Part shown: in pieces, positions 27,785-37,468 of the stretch
Layout of the letters: every line of letters starts with the position of its first letter
Numbering within the stretch: the stretch's first letter is position 1
Origin: Nitrospirota bacterium
GTDB lineage: Bacteria; Nitrospirota; Thermodesulfovibrionia; Thermodesulfovibrionales; Dissulfurispiraceae
Direction of reading: 5' to 3'
Length of the DNA: 64,000 nucleotides
Assembly (NCBI GenBank): GCA_963790025.1
Contig: CAWBMP010000003.1
Coordinates: forward strand, 212,799-276,798
The notes under the pieces: model-generated
The model's input: only the letters and a program-made list of their open reading frames with translations
Told to the model about the DNA's origin: nothing
Databases searched by the model: none
Position numbers and translations under genes: made by a program

Positions 27785-29599
27785 TCAGTAAAGAATCGCT
27801 TTAATCGGAATGATCGCGGTAAAAACCGAACCCTTGCCGGCCCTGCTCTCGACTTGAAGACTGCCCCCAAGAATTTCAGCCATTTTCTTTGAGATTATCA
27901 GTCCCAACGACGAATGGGGAGAAGCTATATCTTCGAATAAATGCTCCATTTCATGGCTGCTTAACCCTTTTCCGGTATCGGCGACCGAGATCTCGATATA
28001 CTCCACCCCTTCCTTTAACCTTTCAGTGGCCAATATGGTGATAGTTCCAACACCCGTATTTTTCACTGCATTGCTTGCAAGGTTCAACAGCAGCTTTTTG
28101 AGCAGGGACCTGTCCGTATGCACCATCTTGGTAATAAATACTTCCTGACAATCGACAACCACTTCTATTTCTTTCATGCCTGCAAGTTCCTTCACACTCG
28201 ACGCAATCTCATCAAAGAGCTCGCACAGATTAAACGGTTCAGAGGCAAACACTTGTTTCCCTTGAGTCAATTGGGCATAGTCATGGAGATTATCCACAAG
28301 GAGCAGAAGGGCCTTCGAAGAAGAAAGCATGTCATAGAGCGCCTTTCTGCTCTGATCATTGAGGTGTTTTTCGCTCTTGATCACGCCTTCCGCCGCCCCG
28401 CTAATAGAATATAAAGGGGTCCTTAATTCAGAAGAAATATTTACAAAAGGGGCCGTGGGCACAATTACCGATGACTTGAGGCTTGCCCCCTGCATCGCCT
28501 CCTTAGCCATCAATTCTTCGATCATCGACTCGAAGGCCTTTTTCAACTCGAGCAATTCCCCTTTGTAATCTTTACCCAAATTGATATTATCTAGACCGCC
28601 TTCGGCAACAGCTTTAGTTGCATTTATTAACCTGGCAACCGGCTTTGAAATGAGTTTCGACCCTGAATAAGAGGTCTTAAACACCAGGACGATAATGATC
28701 AAACCGGAGAATATCGCACACAGGACCAAAACAATTATTAACGGCTGCAGAACCTCTTGCTTATCAATCGTTGCAATAAGCCGGAAAGGGGCGTTTTCGA
28801 GTGCAACAACGCAGAAAAACAGGTTATCTCTTAACCGGACCACGTTTCCAGTTTCATTTTTTGGTAAATTGTATTTTACTAGTTTATCGGGAAAACCTTT
28901 TCGCGTCAGGACCAGGTTTCCTTCACTATCGAGCATCTCGATTTTTTCTGTTTTATATACGCCTCTCTCCACGCGCAGAAGTCCGGCAAGCTTGTCATCA
29001 TTTGGAACACCATAAATGAGGCCTATCATATTTTTCTCGTTATCAAAGACAGGAGCCAGGAAAACCACGCGTCTGTCGGCGCCATATAACACACGTACTG
29101 ACGGGGATTGCAATTCTGTTATTGTGCTCGCGACAAAGTCTCTGTCCGACCAGTCACTGCCTATCAGTTCTTTCTGTGTGCTCGAAATAATTGTCCCATT
29201 CTTTAATAAGAGAGCGAACATTTTCCATGGGGAAGAAAGCACCATATCATCAAGCAATCGCAGCGTCGCTGCCCCGGCCGTCTGCCTCATCGCATCAGCT
29301 GCTTCCCTGCGCTTTTTTGTTACAGTTTCAGGGGCCGTATATGTGAAAACTGCCTCTCTGATAATATCGTTTTTTGAAAGATATTCAATGCTCTGTTTTC
29401 CCTGCTCAAACCACATATCAATGGGCAGTTTTTTCTCGGAGACAAGATTTATCAGATGTTCTTCAGGCAAATCCCTGAAAGGGTTCTGGGGACCCAGGTA
29501 ATAAAACCCGGCACAAAAGGCGGAGAACACCATCAGCATGAAAAGGAAGGGGAAAAAAAGCAGTTTAGTCGCAATTTTCTTTAAAAATGGCACTTTCAT
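27785..29599 (-). CDS. Membrane sensor with Cache-like and HAMP domains and a degenerate kinase core
   Basis: Two TMs, HAMP, H-box reads NISSELRTPL (no His), NAVK, DTGKG, G2 box eroded (SSLGL). Confidence 0.85.
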   Translation of the reverse strand: MKVPFLKKIATKLLFFPFLFMLMVFSAFCAGFYYLGPQNPFRDLPEEHLINLVSEKKLPIDMWFEQGKQSIEYLSKNDIIREAVFTYTAPETVTKKRREAADAMRQTAGAATLRLLDDMVLSSPWKMFALLLKNGTIISSTQKELIGSDWSDRDFVASTITELQSPSVRVLYGADRRVVFLAPVFDNEKNMIGLIYGVPNDDKLAGLLRVERGVYKTEKIEMLDSEGNLVLTRKGFPDKLVKYNLPKNETGNVVRLRDNLFFCVVALENAPFRLIATIDKQEVLQPLIIVLVLCAIFSGLIIIVLVFKTSYSGSKLISKPVARLINATKAVAEGGLDNINLGKDYKGELLELKKAFESMIEELMAKEAMQGASLKSSVIVPTAPFVNISSELRTPLYSISGAAEGVIKSEKHLNDQSRKALYDMLSSSKALLLLVDNLHDYAQLTQGKQVFASEPFNLCELFDEIASSVKELAGMKEIEVVVDCQEVFITKMVHTDRSLLKKLLLNLASNAVKNTGVGTITILATERLKEGVEYIEISVADTGKGLSSHEMEHLFEDIASPHSSLGLIISKKMAEILGGSLQVESRAGKGSVFTAIIPIKAILY

Positions 29600-29689
29600 A
29601 TATATCCCAGGTTTTGTCTATTATTAATATTAAAAAACAGCAATATTGTTAAGATTACACTATTATCTACTGATGATGCAATAATGAAG

Positions 29690-31210
29690 CTACAGGGATT
29701 CGAGGGTTTTTATCAATGCCTCAGCCTTTTTCAGCGTTTCGTAATACTCTCTTTCAGGGTCCGAATCCGCAACAATACCTGCTCCAGCCTGGACATAGGC
29801 ATATTTATCTTTGATTACAAAAGACCGTATGATGATATTCAGGTCCATAGCGCCTGAAAACCCGATATATCCAAGAGAGCCGGTATAAGGTCCTCTGGCA
29901 ACAGGCTCAAGTTCGTCGATTATTTCCATACACCTTACTTTCGGCACGCCGGTAATTGTGCCGCCGGGGAATGTGGCCCTTACGAGATCGAAACATGTTT
30001 TATCGCTTTTTAGGAGGCCCTTGATATTTGAGACGATATGCATGACGTGCGAGTAGTCCTCTGTTATCATCAGTTCGTCTACCACGACGCTACCGAACTC
30101 GGATACCCTTCCGATATCATTTCTCTCGAGGTCAATCAGCATTATGTGCTCTGCCCGTTCTTTTTCATTGAGCAGCAAATCCGATCTCATCCTGGCGTCC
30201 TCGGTAACGCCGTGGCCCCGCGGCCTCGTTCCTGCAATCGGCCGCGTTTCAATAATGCGGTCTGTAACCTTAACAAGCCGTTCAGGCGAAGAACTGACAA
30301 CGCTATAGCTGCCGAAATCGGCAAAGGCCGCAAAGGGGGACGGATTTATCCGTCTCAGCATTTTATAAATATCCCAGGGGTTGACAGCATCAACAAATGA
30401 CGAAAGCCTCTGGGAGAGATTCGCCTGAAATATGTCCCCTGCGGCGATGTATTCTTTCGCTTTTCGGACCATGTCCATATAACGGCCCTTGGTCAGCTCA
30501 TACTGCAACCCTGAAGTGCGGAAATGCGGAAGTGCAGAAGCAGACTTCCGCGTTTCCATATTGTGTTGTCCTTCAGTGGCCAATAAGTCCTTCAGCTTAT
30601 AAATTGTCTCATCCGCTTCTTCATAAGCACTGTTCCAATCGATGTCTGCGGCATCCCTGTATCCGGCTTCCGTCTGCCTGGCGCCGGGGGCCATTATAAT
30701 CCATGTCTTCTTTTCAAAATGATCAAAGGCTATTACCCTGTCGGCCATCATAAAATGGACATCCGGAATATGGAGGTCGTCAACGGCGTTTCCAGGAATA
30801 TCTTCCAGATATCTGACAAAATCATATGAAAGCAACCCGATAGCGCCACCCTGGAAAGGAGGAAGTTCAGGGACAGCACGCTGGGGATATGCGGAAACAA
30901 GCTCGCTCAGTCGTTCCAGCGGGGGCCTGAATGAAACGGAACTCTTTTCTTTGTATGCGGAATGGATGTGCACTTCACCGTTTTTGGCTTCGAGCAGCAA
31001 ATATGGTTCAAATGCTATGAATGAATAACGCGCGATTTTGAATGAGCCCCTTACGCTTTCAAGGAGAATGCCACGATGCAGTTGCAGGGATGATGAAAGC
31101 AGTTCATAAAAGAGATAAGGTTCATTATAAGGCACCTCGACAAAGAGCGGCGGGATGCTTCCACTTCCGGCGAGATCCAAAAAATCTGTTTTGGTCAGGT
31201 TTAATTTCAC
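29690..31210 (-). CDS. Anthranilate synthase component I / PabB family chorismate-binding protein
   Basis: PFQGGAIG, GDIFQANLSQR, SSSPERL, RPIAGT, EHIMLIDLERND, GGTITGVPK. Confidence 0.9.
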   Translation of the reverse strand: MKLNLTKTDFLDLAGSGSIPPLFVEVPYNEPYLFYELLSSSLQLHRGILLESVRGSFKIARYSFIAFEPYLLLEAKNGEVHIHSAYKEKSSVSFRPPLERLSELVSAYPQRAVPELPPFQGGAIGLLSYDFVRYLEDIPGNAVDDLHIPDVHFMMADRVIAFDHFEKKTWIIMAPGARQTEAGYRDAADIDWNSAYEEADETIYKLKDLLATEGQHNMETRKSASALPHFRTSGLQYELTKGRYMDMVRKAKEYIAAGDIFQANLSQRLSSFVDAVNPWDIYKMLRRINPSPFAAFADFGSYSVVSSSPERLVKVTDRIIETRPIAGTRPRGHGVTEDARMRSDLLLNEKERAEHIMLIDLERNDIGRVSEFGSVVVDELMITEDYSHVMHIVSNIKGLLKSDKTCFDLVRATFPGGTITGVPKVRCMEIIDELEPVARGPYTGSLGYIGFSGAMDLNIIIRSFVIKDKYAYVQAGAGIVADSDPEREYYETLKKAEALIKTLESL

Positions 31211-31219
31211 TACCTGGTA

Positions 31220-31945
31220 TTACGCGGTCAGCATTTCAAGAGAAATAAGCTCCAACGCCTTTTCCGGGTCCTCCTGCTTTAGTATACCCCTGCCCATTAC
31301 AATGTAGTCTGCTCCGTCCCGCAGCGCCTGTCTGGGGGTTGCCGTCCTCTTCTGATCGTCAGGAGGGACCCAGGACGGTCTGATACCAGGGGTAACTACA
31401 AGAAAATCCTTTCCGCATTGGCGTTTTATCATACCGATTTCATGGGGCGAGGCGACAACGCCGTCAAGACCCGCGTCAAATGCAAGCAGGGCCAGGTTTT
31501 TTACGTGGGTTTTAAGACTGTAATGGATCCCCAGTTCACTCTTAAGGATTTCGGTATCAAGGCTTGTGAGGGCTGTTACACCTATAATCCTTGGTCTCTG
31601 GATGTTTTCCTTCATGCACAACTCGCCAACTGCATCCCTGCACTGCTTCATCATAGCAAGTCCGCCGGAGGCATGAACATTGAACATATACACACCGAGT
31701 CTCACGGCGGCCAGAGCAGCCCTTGTAACAGTATTGGGTATGTCATGGAACTTTAGATCTAGGAAAACCTTCTTGCCTTTTTTCTGTATCTCCCCGACAA
31801 TACCGGGACCTGCAGTGACAAAGAGCTCAAAGCCGACTTTGAATACCGCTGCCTGGTCGCCGAGCCTGTCAACAATATCGAGTGCCTTCCCGGGATCGGA
31901 TACATCGAGTGCCACAATGAGCTTATTTTTCCAGGAGAGTTGCAT
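31220..31945 (-). CDS. pyrF: Orotidine-5'-phosphate decarboxylase
   Basis: LIVALD, FLDLKFHDIPNT, VTPGIR, DDQKR. Confidence 0.97.
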   Translation of the reverse strand: MQLSWKNKLIVALDVSDPGKALDIVDRLGDQAAVFKVGFELFVTAGPGIVGEIQKKGKKVFLDLKFHDIPNTVTRAALAAVRLGVYMFNVHASGGLAMMKQCRDAVGELCMKENIQRPRIIGVTALTSLDTEILKSELGIHYSLKTHVKNLALLAFDAGLDGVVASPHEIGMIKRQCGKDFLVVTPGIRPSWVPPDDQKRTATPRQALRDGADYIVMGRGILKQEDPEKALELISLEMLTA

Positions 31946-32493
31946 TATAATTTCGGTAATGTAATCCCGGTCTGCGCCTGATATTTCCCGGACTTATCCT
32001 TGTATGATGTCCTGCAAACTTCCGCCGCCTGTAAAAAAATCAGCTGTGCAATGCCTTCATTTGCATAAATCTTTGCCGGGAGCGGTGTTGTATTGGATAT
32101 CTCGATCGTGACATACCCCTCCCATTCAGGCTCCAGGGGGGTGACATTGACTACAACACCGCACCGAGCATAGGTTGATTTGCCTAGACATATCACCAGC
32201 ACATCCCTTGGGATTTTGAAATACTCCAGGGAGCTGGCCAGAGCAAAAGAATTCGGCGGCACAATACATACGTCGCCTTTGAAATCGACAAAACTTCTCG
32301 GATCAAATTCTTTGGGGTCTATAACTGTCGAATTAATATTGGTAAAAATCTTGAACTCATCGCCGGTCCGCATATCGTATCCGTAAGAGCTGACGCCGTA
32401 GGAGATGACACCTTCTCTGACCTGAATTTCATGAAACGGTTCAATCATGCCGCGCTGCGCCATATCATGAATCCATCTGTCGTTTTTGACCAT
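31945..32493 (-). CDS. dcd: dCTP deaminase
   Basis: [36 protein letters not shown]. Confidence 0.97.
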   Translation of the reverse strand: MVKNDRWIHDMAQRGMIEPFHEIQVREGVISYGVSSYGYDMRTGDEFKIFTNINSTVIDPKEFDPRSFVDFKGDVCIVPPNSFALASSLEYFKIPRDVLVICLGKSTYARCGVVVNVTPLEPEWEGYVTIEISNTTPLPAKIYANEGIAQLIFLQAAEVCRTSYKDKSGKYQAQTGITLPKL

Positions 32494-32561
32494 TTAAGCT
32501 ATTCCTTCCCCGTCAATGTAAGTTATAAAATAGCACAGGGACACAGCGACAAGCAAACATA

Positions 32562-32588
32562 TAAGGAAGGGACCGGCAGGGGCAGGCT
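32562..32588 (+). repeat. Left 27-bp terminal inverted repeat of the cobalamin module
   Basis: TAAGGAAGGGACCGGCAGGGGCAGGCT, exact reverse complement of 39929-39955. Confidence 0.9.
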
Positions 32589-32738
32589 CTTTCTCTGCGC
32601 GCTAAAACTACTTCAGTTGCCATCACTATATTTTCAAATTGCGTTATTCGTGCACATTCTCGGCTGGGGCTCGGCTCACTCACCCGTTCGCGTCCGCAAA
32701 AAATCAAAGATTGTTTTGCGGACCAGTGCTGGCCCCTG

Positions 32739-32939
32739 TCACAGTACACCCGTGCTATCGCTCCGATAAAGAGTCTGCCCCTGAGAGGAAAAGGAGAAGC
32801 TTTTGACCTCAAATGGATAGGAGTAACCCAATAGATCGGCATCATAGGCAGGGCCTTGGTCAACAGCCTGGACCTTCCAAGCAGACAAAAGTAGCAGTCC
32901 CAAGATTATTAAAAAAAGCAGATCGGTATGCTTCTTCAT
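32739..32939 (-). pseudogene. Truncated N-terminus of a secreted alpha/beta hydrolase-like gene
   Basis: MKKHTDLL...AVDQGPAYDADLLGYSYPFEVKSFSFSSQGQTLY, then an abrupt switch into palindromic sequence and stop. Confidence 0.55.
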
Positions 32940-33222
32940 GGAAAGCCTCCCGGATAAGGCGAGGTAATCGCCTAACATTATTTTTTTGCTGTATGCGGTC
33001 TTTTTGATGAATTATAGGGGCGAAGAAGGAGAGTGTCAAGGGTTCAAGTTACTTCCTGTAAGCCTCGACAGTTGCAATTTTCTGAATATGTTTATTTCGC
33101 TAGAAACTATCAAAAAAAGGTATCGCCTGATCCTACTTATACTGGACTGTTTAGGATTCACGCAACTGCACGACAGTTACGACCAGAATTAGTAGCCCGT
33201 CAACACTCGATTCAATACCAAG

Positions 33223-33252
33223 TTGACAAGAGTTCCACTTAAATAGTATAAA
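33223..33252 (+). promoter_or_regulatory. Sigma-70-type promoter for the riboswitch transcript
   Basis: TTGACA-N18-TATAAA immediately upstream of the riboswitch. Confidence 0.6.
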
Positions 33253-33258
33253 AGATAA

Positions 33259-33427
33259 TCTCAAGGTGCCGTAAGGATTAATAGGGAATCCCGTGAGGCG
33301 GAAACGCTGATTCGGGAGCGGGCCCGCCGCTGTAACCGGGGACGAAAGCCGACTGAGCCACTGGAGTTAAACTCTGGGAAGGCCGGCAAGTAGGGCGATC
33401 CGGGAGCCAGAAGACCTGCCTGTGAGA
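33259..33427 (+). ncRNA. Cobalamin riboswitch
   Basis: AGGTGC...TTAATAGGGAA...CCCGCCGCTGTA...GCCACTG...TGGGAAGG...AGCCAGAAGACCTGCC, upstream of B12 uptake genes. Confidence 0.95.
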
Positions 33428-33564
33428 CTCAGTGATATGTTGCTGGTGACGGGACGTTCTTACAGGCAATGCCATAGAATACCTCCCTTTTTCCACTCAA
33501 CATTTCACCCATTACCACTCCTTGCCGTGGCTGGAAGGAAAGAGGATGAAGTAAATCAGGGTGC

Positions 33565-33599
33565 AATCCTCAGGGCATTTTTGCCTTGGGGATTTTTTT
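33565..33599 (+). terminator. Leader terminator downstream of the riboswitch
   Basis: AATCCTCAGGGCA-TTTT-TGCCTTGGGGATT followed by T-tract. Confidence 0.7.
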
Positions 33600-33764
33600 A
33601 TTTTCAGGAGAAAGAGAAAATGAAACAATTACACAATGCTGCTTCACTATTGCCGCTCACCTCTCTTTTTTTACTGTCATTTGGTTTGCTTATTGCGCAA
33701 CTCCGGGACGATAGTGGACTGATCTTGCGATAATTTTTAAGGGTTATACATAAGGAGGTATAAC

Positions 33765-34589
33765 ATGAAGAAGTTAATTGTATCCTTAATGCTTTTTTTA
33801 TTAATCCCCGTAATGGCTCGGGCGGTGGATATCCCCCTGCCTCTCGGCCTCAATGCAACGGCATACGTCATCAAGGCAGAGCGGGACGGCTTGTGGGAAA
33901 AGACTCTGATTGTTCGCTTTCCCGAACAGCGCCGGACTCTTACCACCACTGATGGTTTCGTTGACGCAATGGCTGCCATAAATCACGCTGCCGATCCGTT
34001 GTTATGGGAAAAGCTAAGTAAGGAGTGCACGACGACAGAAAGTTGTAGCGGGAAGGAGTATGTCATGAAGGTTCAGGAAAAGATCGCAAAAGATTTCGGA
34101 CTGAAAAGCACGGAACTGGCGCAGATGGCAACAGCTGCTGATATGGATAACCTTGCAGTCGTCACAAAAGAGTATAAGCCGTTTATTGTTACCGCACTAG
34201 TTACCGCAGGAGCGAAAACGAATGCCATCAGAACCGGCGTTGACGAGGGCAAGAATATTGAGGTAGCGGAGCCGCACGGCACTGTGAATATCATGATCTT
34301 GACCAATGCGCGTCTCACCGATGGGGCTATGGCGCGGGCGATAGTTACTGTAACCGAGGCCAAGACGGCCGCCTTTGAGGATTTGAAGGTTCCTAGCAGT
34401 TACACCAAAACAGTCCAGGCGACTGGAACCGGCACGGACAGCGTCATTGTCGTTTCGGGAACTGCAGGCCCGAAGGCAACCTACACGGGTGGACACAGTC
34501 GGATCGGCGAACTGATCGGCAAAGCGGTTTATGAGGCCGTGGTCGAGGCGCTGGGTAAACAGAACGGATTCAAAAAAGCGGACAGGTGA
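33765..34589 (+). CDS. cbiZ: Adenosylcobinamide amidohydrolase family protein with signal peptide
   Basis: MATAADM, VTAG, GTVNI, VTVTEAKTAA, ATGTGTD; riboswitch context. Confidence 0.85.
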   Translation: MKKLIVSLMLFLLIPVMARAVDIPLPLGLNATAYVIKAERDGLWEKTLIVRFPEQRRTLTTTDGFVDAMAAINHAADPLLWEKLSKECTTTESCSGKEYVMKVQEKIAKDFGLKSTELAQMATAADMDNLAVVTKEYKPFIVTALVTAGAKTNAIRTGVDEGKNIEVAEPHGTVNIMILTNARLTDGAMARAIVTVTEAKTAAFEDLKVPSSYTKTVQATGTGTDSVIVVSGTAGPKATYTGGHSRIGELIGKAVYEAVVEALGKQNGFKKADR

Positions 34590-34752
34590 CTAGATGATGA
34601 ATGTCCTGAAATTATTGTTGTTCAAAGGAAAACGGCGTAGGAATAAGATGTGTGTTTATACTGGTGCCACTACTTAGACTATATCGGAATATGATTTATT
34701 GTTACGCTTTATATGCGCAAGCTATTAAATGTGATTTAATTGCGGGAGACAG

Positions 34753-35586
34753 GTGAAAAAATATAGTGTTCTGCTTGTTTTGCTTTTTAGTCTTAACTCC
34801 TTTCTGTTGACAAATGCTGCAGCCGAAAGTCCAAAACGAATCATTTTGCTCGCACCTAGTATAACGGAGATACTATTCGCCCTGGGGCTGGGCAACAATA
34901 TAGTTGGAGTCTCCAGTTTCTCTGATTATCCTCCAGAGGCAAAAAAGAAGCCGACGGTCGGTGGCATGTCGAACCCTTCGATAGAGGCAGTGATCTCATT
35001 GAAACCCGATATAGTCATCATGGCGCTTGACGGTAACCCGAAAGAATTCGAAGAGAGGCTCCGCTCCCTCAAGATAAAAACCTATGTGTTCAGGGCAAAG
35101 CGGATTTCTGAATTGCCACAAGGTATCAGGGACCTTGGAGCCGCCCTTGGACAAAAAGAAAGAGCGGAGGCGCTGGCGGAGCATATTGAGACAGACATGA
35201 GGGCGATAAGTGTCAAAAGAGGAAACACAAAAAAAAGAAAGATCCTGTTTATTGTTTGGCCCGAACCTCTGATTGTTGCAGGCCCCGGCAGTATAGCGGA
35301 TGATGCGATCACTATCCTAGGCGGACAAAACATCGCAAAGGAAGCAAAGATTGCTTACCCAAAGTTTTCGATAGAAGAAGTCATCAGGAGATCTCCGGAT
35401 GTCATATTCATCGGCAAGGGAGCTGGAATGATGGAAAGACTATCGCAGGGTCTTCTTGAAAAGCTGAATAAGGTCCCGGCTGTGAGAGACAAAAGGGTTT
35501 ATTACGTCGATGATTACCTCTACAGGCTCGGCCCCAGGACCGTAAAGGGAGTCGAGGAACTGGCGCGATACCTGGAGGCACGATGA
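34753..35586 (+). CDS. btuF: Cobalamin ABC transporter substrate-binding protein
   Basis: RIILLAPSITEILFALG, VGVSSFSDYP, LYRLGPR. Confidence 0.9.
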   Translation: MKKYSVLLVLLFSLNSFLLTNAAAESPKRIILLAPSITEILFALGLGNNIVGVSSFSDYPPEAKKKPTVGGMSNPSIEAVISLKPDIVIMALDGNPKEFEERLRSLKIKTYVFRAKRISELPQGIRDLGAALGQKERAEALAEHIETDMRAISVKRGNTKKRKILFIVWPEPLIVAGPGSIADDAITILGGQNIAKEAKIAYPKFSIEEVIRRSPDVIFIGKGAGMMERLSQGLLEKLNKVPAVRDKRVYYVDDYLYRLGPRTVKGVEELARYLEAR

Positions 35587-36545
35587 AGGCGAGGATGGCA
35601 ATTATTGTATTAGTTGCTGTGACTATCTTCTGTCTCTCCGTTGTCGTCGGCCCGCATATTATAAACCCCTTTGCATTGGATGAGATCTCGAAAGAGATTC
35701 TTTTTTCTATCCGAGTGCCGAGAAGCATCGTTGCTGTGCTCATGGGCATGGCGCTCGGTGCGTCTGGTGCGGTACTCCAGGGTATGCTAAGGAATCCGCT
35801 GGCTGACCCGTACGTACTTGGTATCTCCGGCGGAGCGTCCCTAGCAGCCGCATGTGGCATAATTGGGGGATTTTCTTTTCTTGGAACTTTCACTGTACCT
35901 GTACTTTCATTTGGGGGTGCGGTTGTTACTGGAGGAATGGTCGGAATAATAGGCTGGAAGAGAGGAGGTCTTTGGCCTGAGAGACTCCTCCTTGCCGGAG
36001 TTGGCCTCAGTTTCCTTTTTTCCGCTCTTCTCATGCTTCTCATGAGTCTTTCGAGCGATGATGGGCTTAGAAAGGCAATGCTCTGGATTTTCGGAGATCT
36101 CTCAATGTCTGATTGGTCAAAGATGCCTTTTGGCTGTTTCTTTATCGCAATCGGGATTGTGGTCGCAACAATACGCGCAAAAGCTTTGAATGCGCTGATT
36201 CTCGGTGATGAATTTGCACACAGCCTCGGCTTCGCACCGCACCGTGAGAGGGCCTTGCTCTTTGTCTCGGTTGCCCTCATGACTGCTGCATCCGTCTCTC
36301 TTGGCGGCATGATAGGATTTATCGGCCTGCTCGTCCCTCATATTGTGAGGAGCTTTGTAGGCTCTGATAGCAGGCTGCTCATACCTGCGTCTGCTTTTGG
36401 CGGCGGGGCACTTCTCTGTATCGCAGACGTGATCAGTCGGACGATCATGCCTCCCATGGAACTGCCTGCCGGTGTCGTGACGGCAATAATCGGAGCGCCC
36501 TATTTCCTTTACCTGCTTGGAGGTAAGAATGTCCTTACTCGCTAA
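35583..36545 (+). CDS. btuC: Cobalamin ABC transporter permease (FecCD)
   Basis: RNPLADPYVLGISGGA, IGFIGLLVPH, GAPYF. Confidence 0.9.
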   Translation: MKARMAIIVLVAVTIFCLSVVVGPHIINPFALDEISKEILFSIRVPRSIVAVLMGMALGASGAVLQGMLRNPLADPYVLGISGGASLAAACGIIGGFSFLGTFTVPVLSFGGAVVTGGMVGIIGWKRGGLWPERLLLAGVGLSFLFSALLMLLMSLSSDDGLRKAMLWIFGDLSMSDWSKMPFGCFFIAIGIVVATIRAKALNALILGDEFAHSLGFAPHRERALLFVSVALMTAASVSLGGMIGFIGLLVPHIVRSFVGSDSRLLIPASAFGGGALLCIADVISRTIMPPMELPAGVVTAIIGAPYFLYLLGGKNVLTR

Positions 36546-37305
36546 CCCCACGATACTCGAAGCGAAAGGAATAAGTTTCTCTTATGGGAAAGATTCCGAA
36601 TTTATTGAAAACCTATCATTTACTTTAGGAGAAGGAGAATTCATCGGACTTCTTGGTGCAAACGGCTCCGGCAAATCGACAATTCTCAAGCTCGGTACCG
36701 GTATACTGAAGCCTCAGTCAGGCGAACTCAGACTCTGGGGGAAGCCTTTTAGTTCTTACAAAGACCGAGACAGGGCGAAACTCATCAGCTACCTTCCGCA
36801 GGCGCTCGATCTCAGTATCCCATTTAGAATCAGGGAACTCGTAGGCATGGGACTTTATCCCTATGACATCCCTCCTTTGATAAGCATCGACTATGCGCTG
36901 GATATGGTCGGTCTAGGCAACAGGGGAGACTCCTATCTTTCCGATCTGAGCGGCGGAGAAAGAAGGCGGGCTTTTATAGCGATGACCCTTTTACAAGGAG
37001 CAGGGTTACTCCTTCTTGACGAGCCGCTTGCAAATCTGGACATAAAGTATCAGATAGAACTGATCAGACTCCTAATGAGGCTGAGGGACGAGAGGAACAT
37101 ATCGGTCGTCATGGCATTGCACGATATCAATATTGCGATGAGATTTGAGAAAGTAATGGTAATCAAAAGCGGTATGGTGCTCGGCTTCGGCAGCCCAGAC
37201 TCGGTGCTGACCGTACCGGTTATTAATGAGGCCTTTGGCGTGTTGGGCAAAATTAAAAACGCAGGTAAAAGAGAGGCCTACATAAGTTTCGAGGAGAATT
37301 ATTAG
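36529..37305 (+). CDS. btuD: Cobalamin ABC transporter ATPase
   Basis: GANGSGKST, LSGGE, LLLDEP, LHDIN; ATG 36529 after GGAGG. Confidence 0.9.
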   Translation: MSLLANPTILEAKGISFSYGKDSEFIENLSFTLGEGEFIGLLGANGSGKSTILKLGTGILKPQSGELRLWGKPFSSYKDRDRAKLISYLPQALDLSIPFRIRELVGMGLYPYDIPPLISIDYALDMVGLGNRGDSYLSDLSGGERRRAFIAMTLLQGAGLLLLDEPLANLDIKYQIELIRLLMRLRDERNISVVMALHDINIAMRFEKVMVIKSGMVLGFGSPDSVLTVPVINEAFGVLGKIKNAGKREAYISFEENY

Positions 37306-37468
37306 ATATGGTGGAGCTTGCTGTACTCAAGAGTAAGGTGCAGCAATTCGCGCTATATGTCGGCGTTCCTTCATTTCTAATGCATCCGGATAACAGAAAT
37401 GCTTTTGCTATACACTTGCGAACAAATGTTTTACGAATAAAAGAAATATTTAGAATGGAGGCCATTTT

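Noticed and set aside
33050..33210. Possible IS remnant ending TAGTAGCCCGTCAAC
   Set aside because: No partner repeat or transposase motif could be identified by eye
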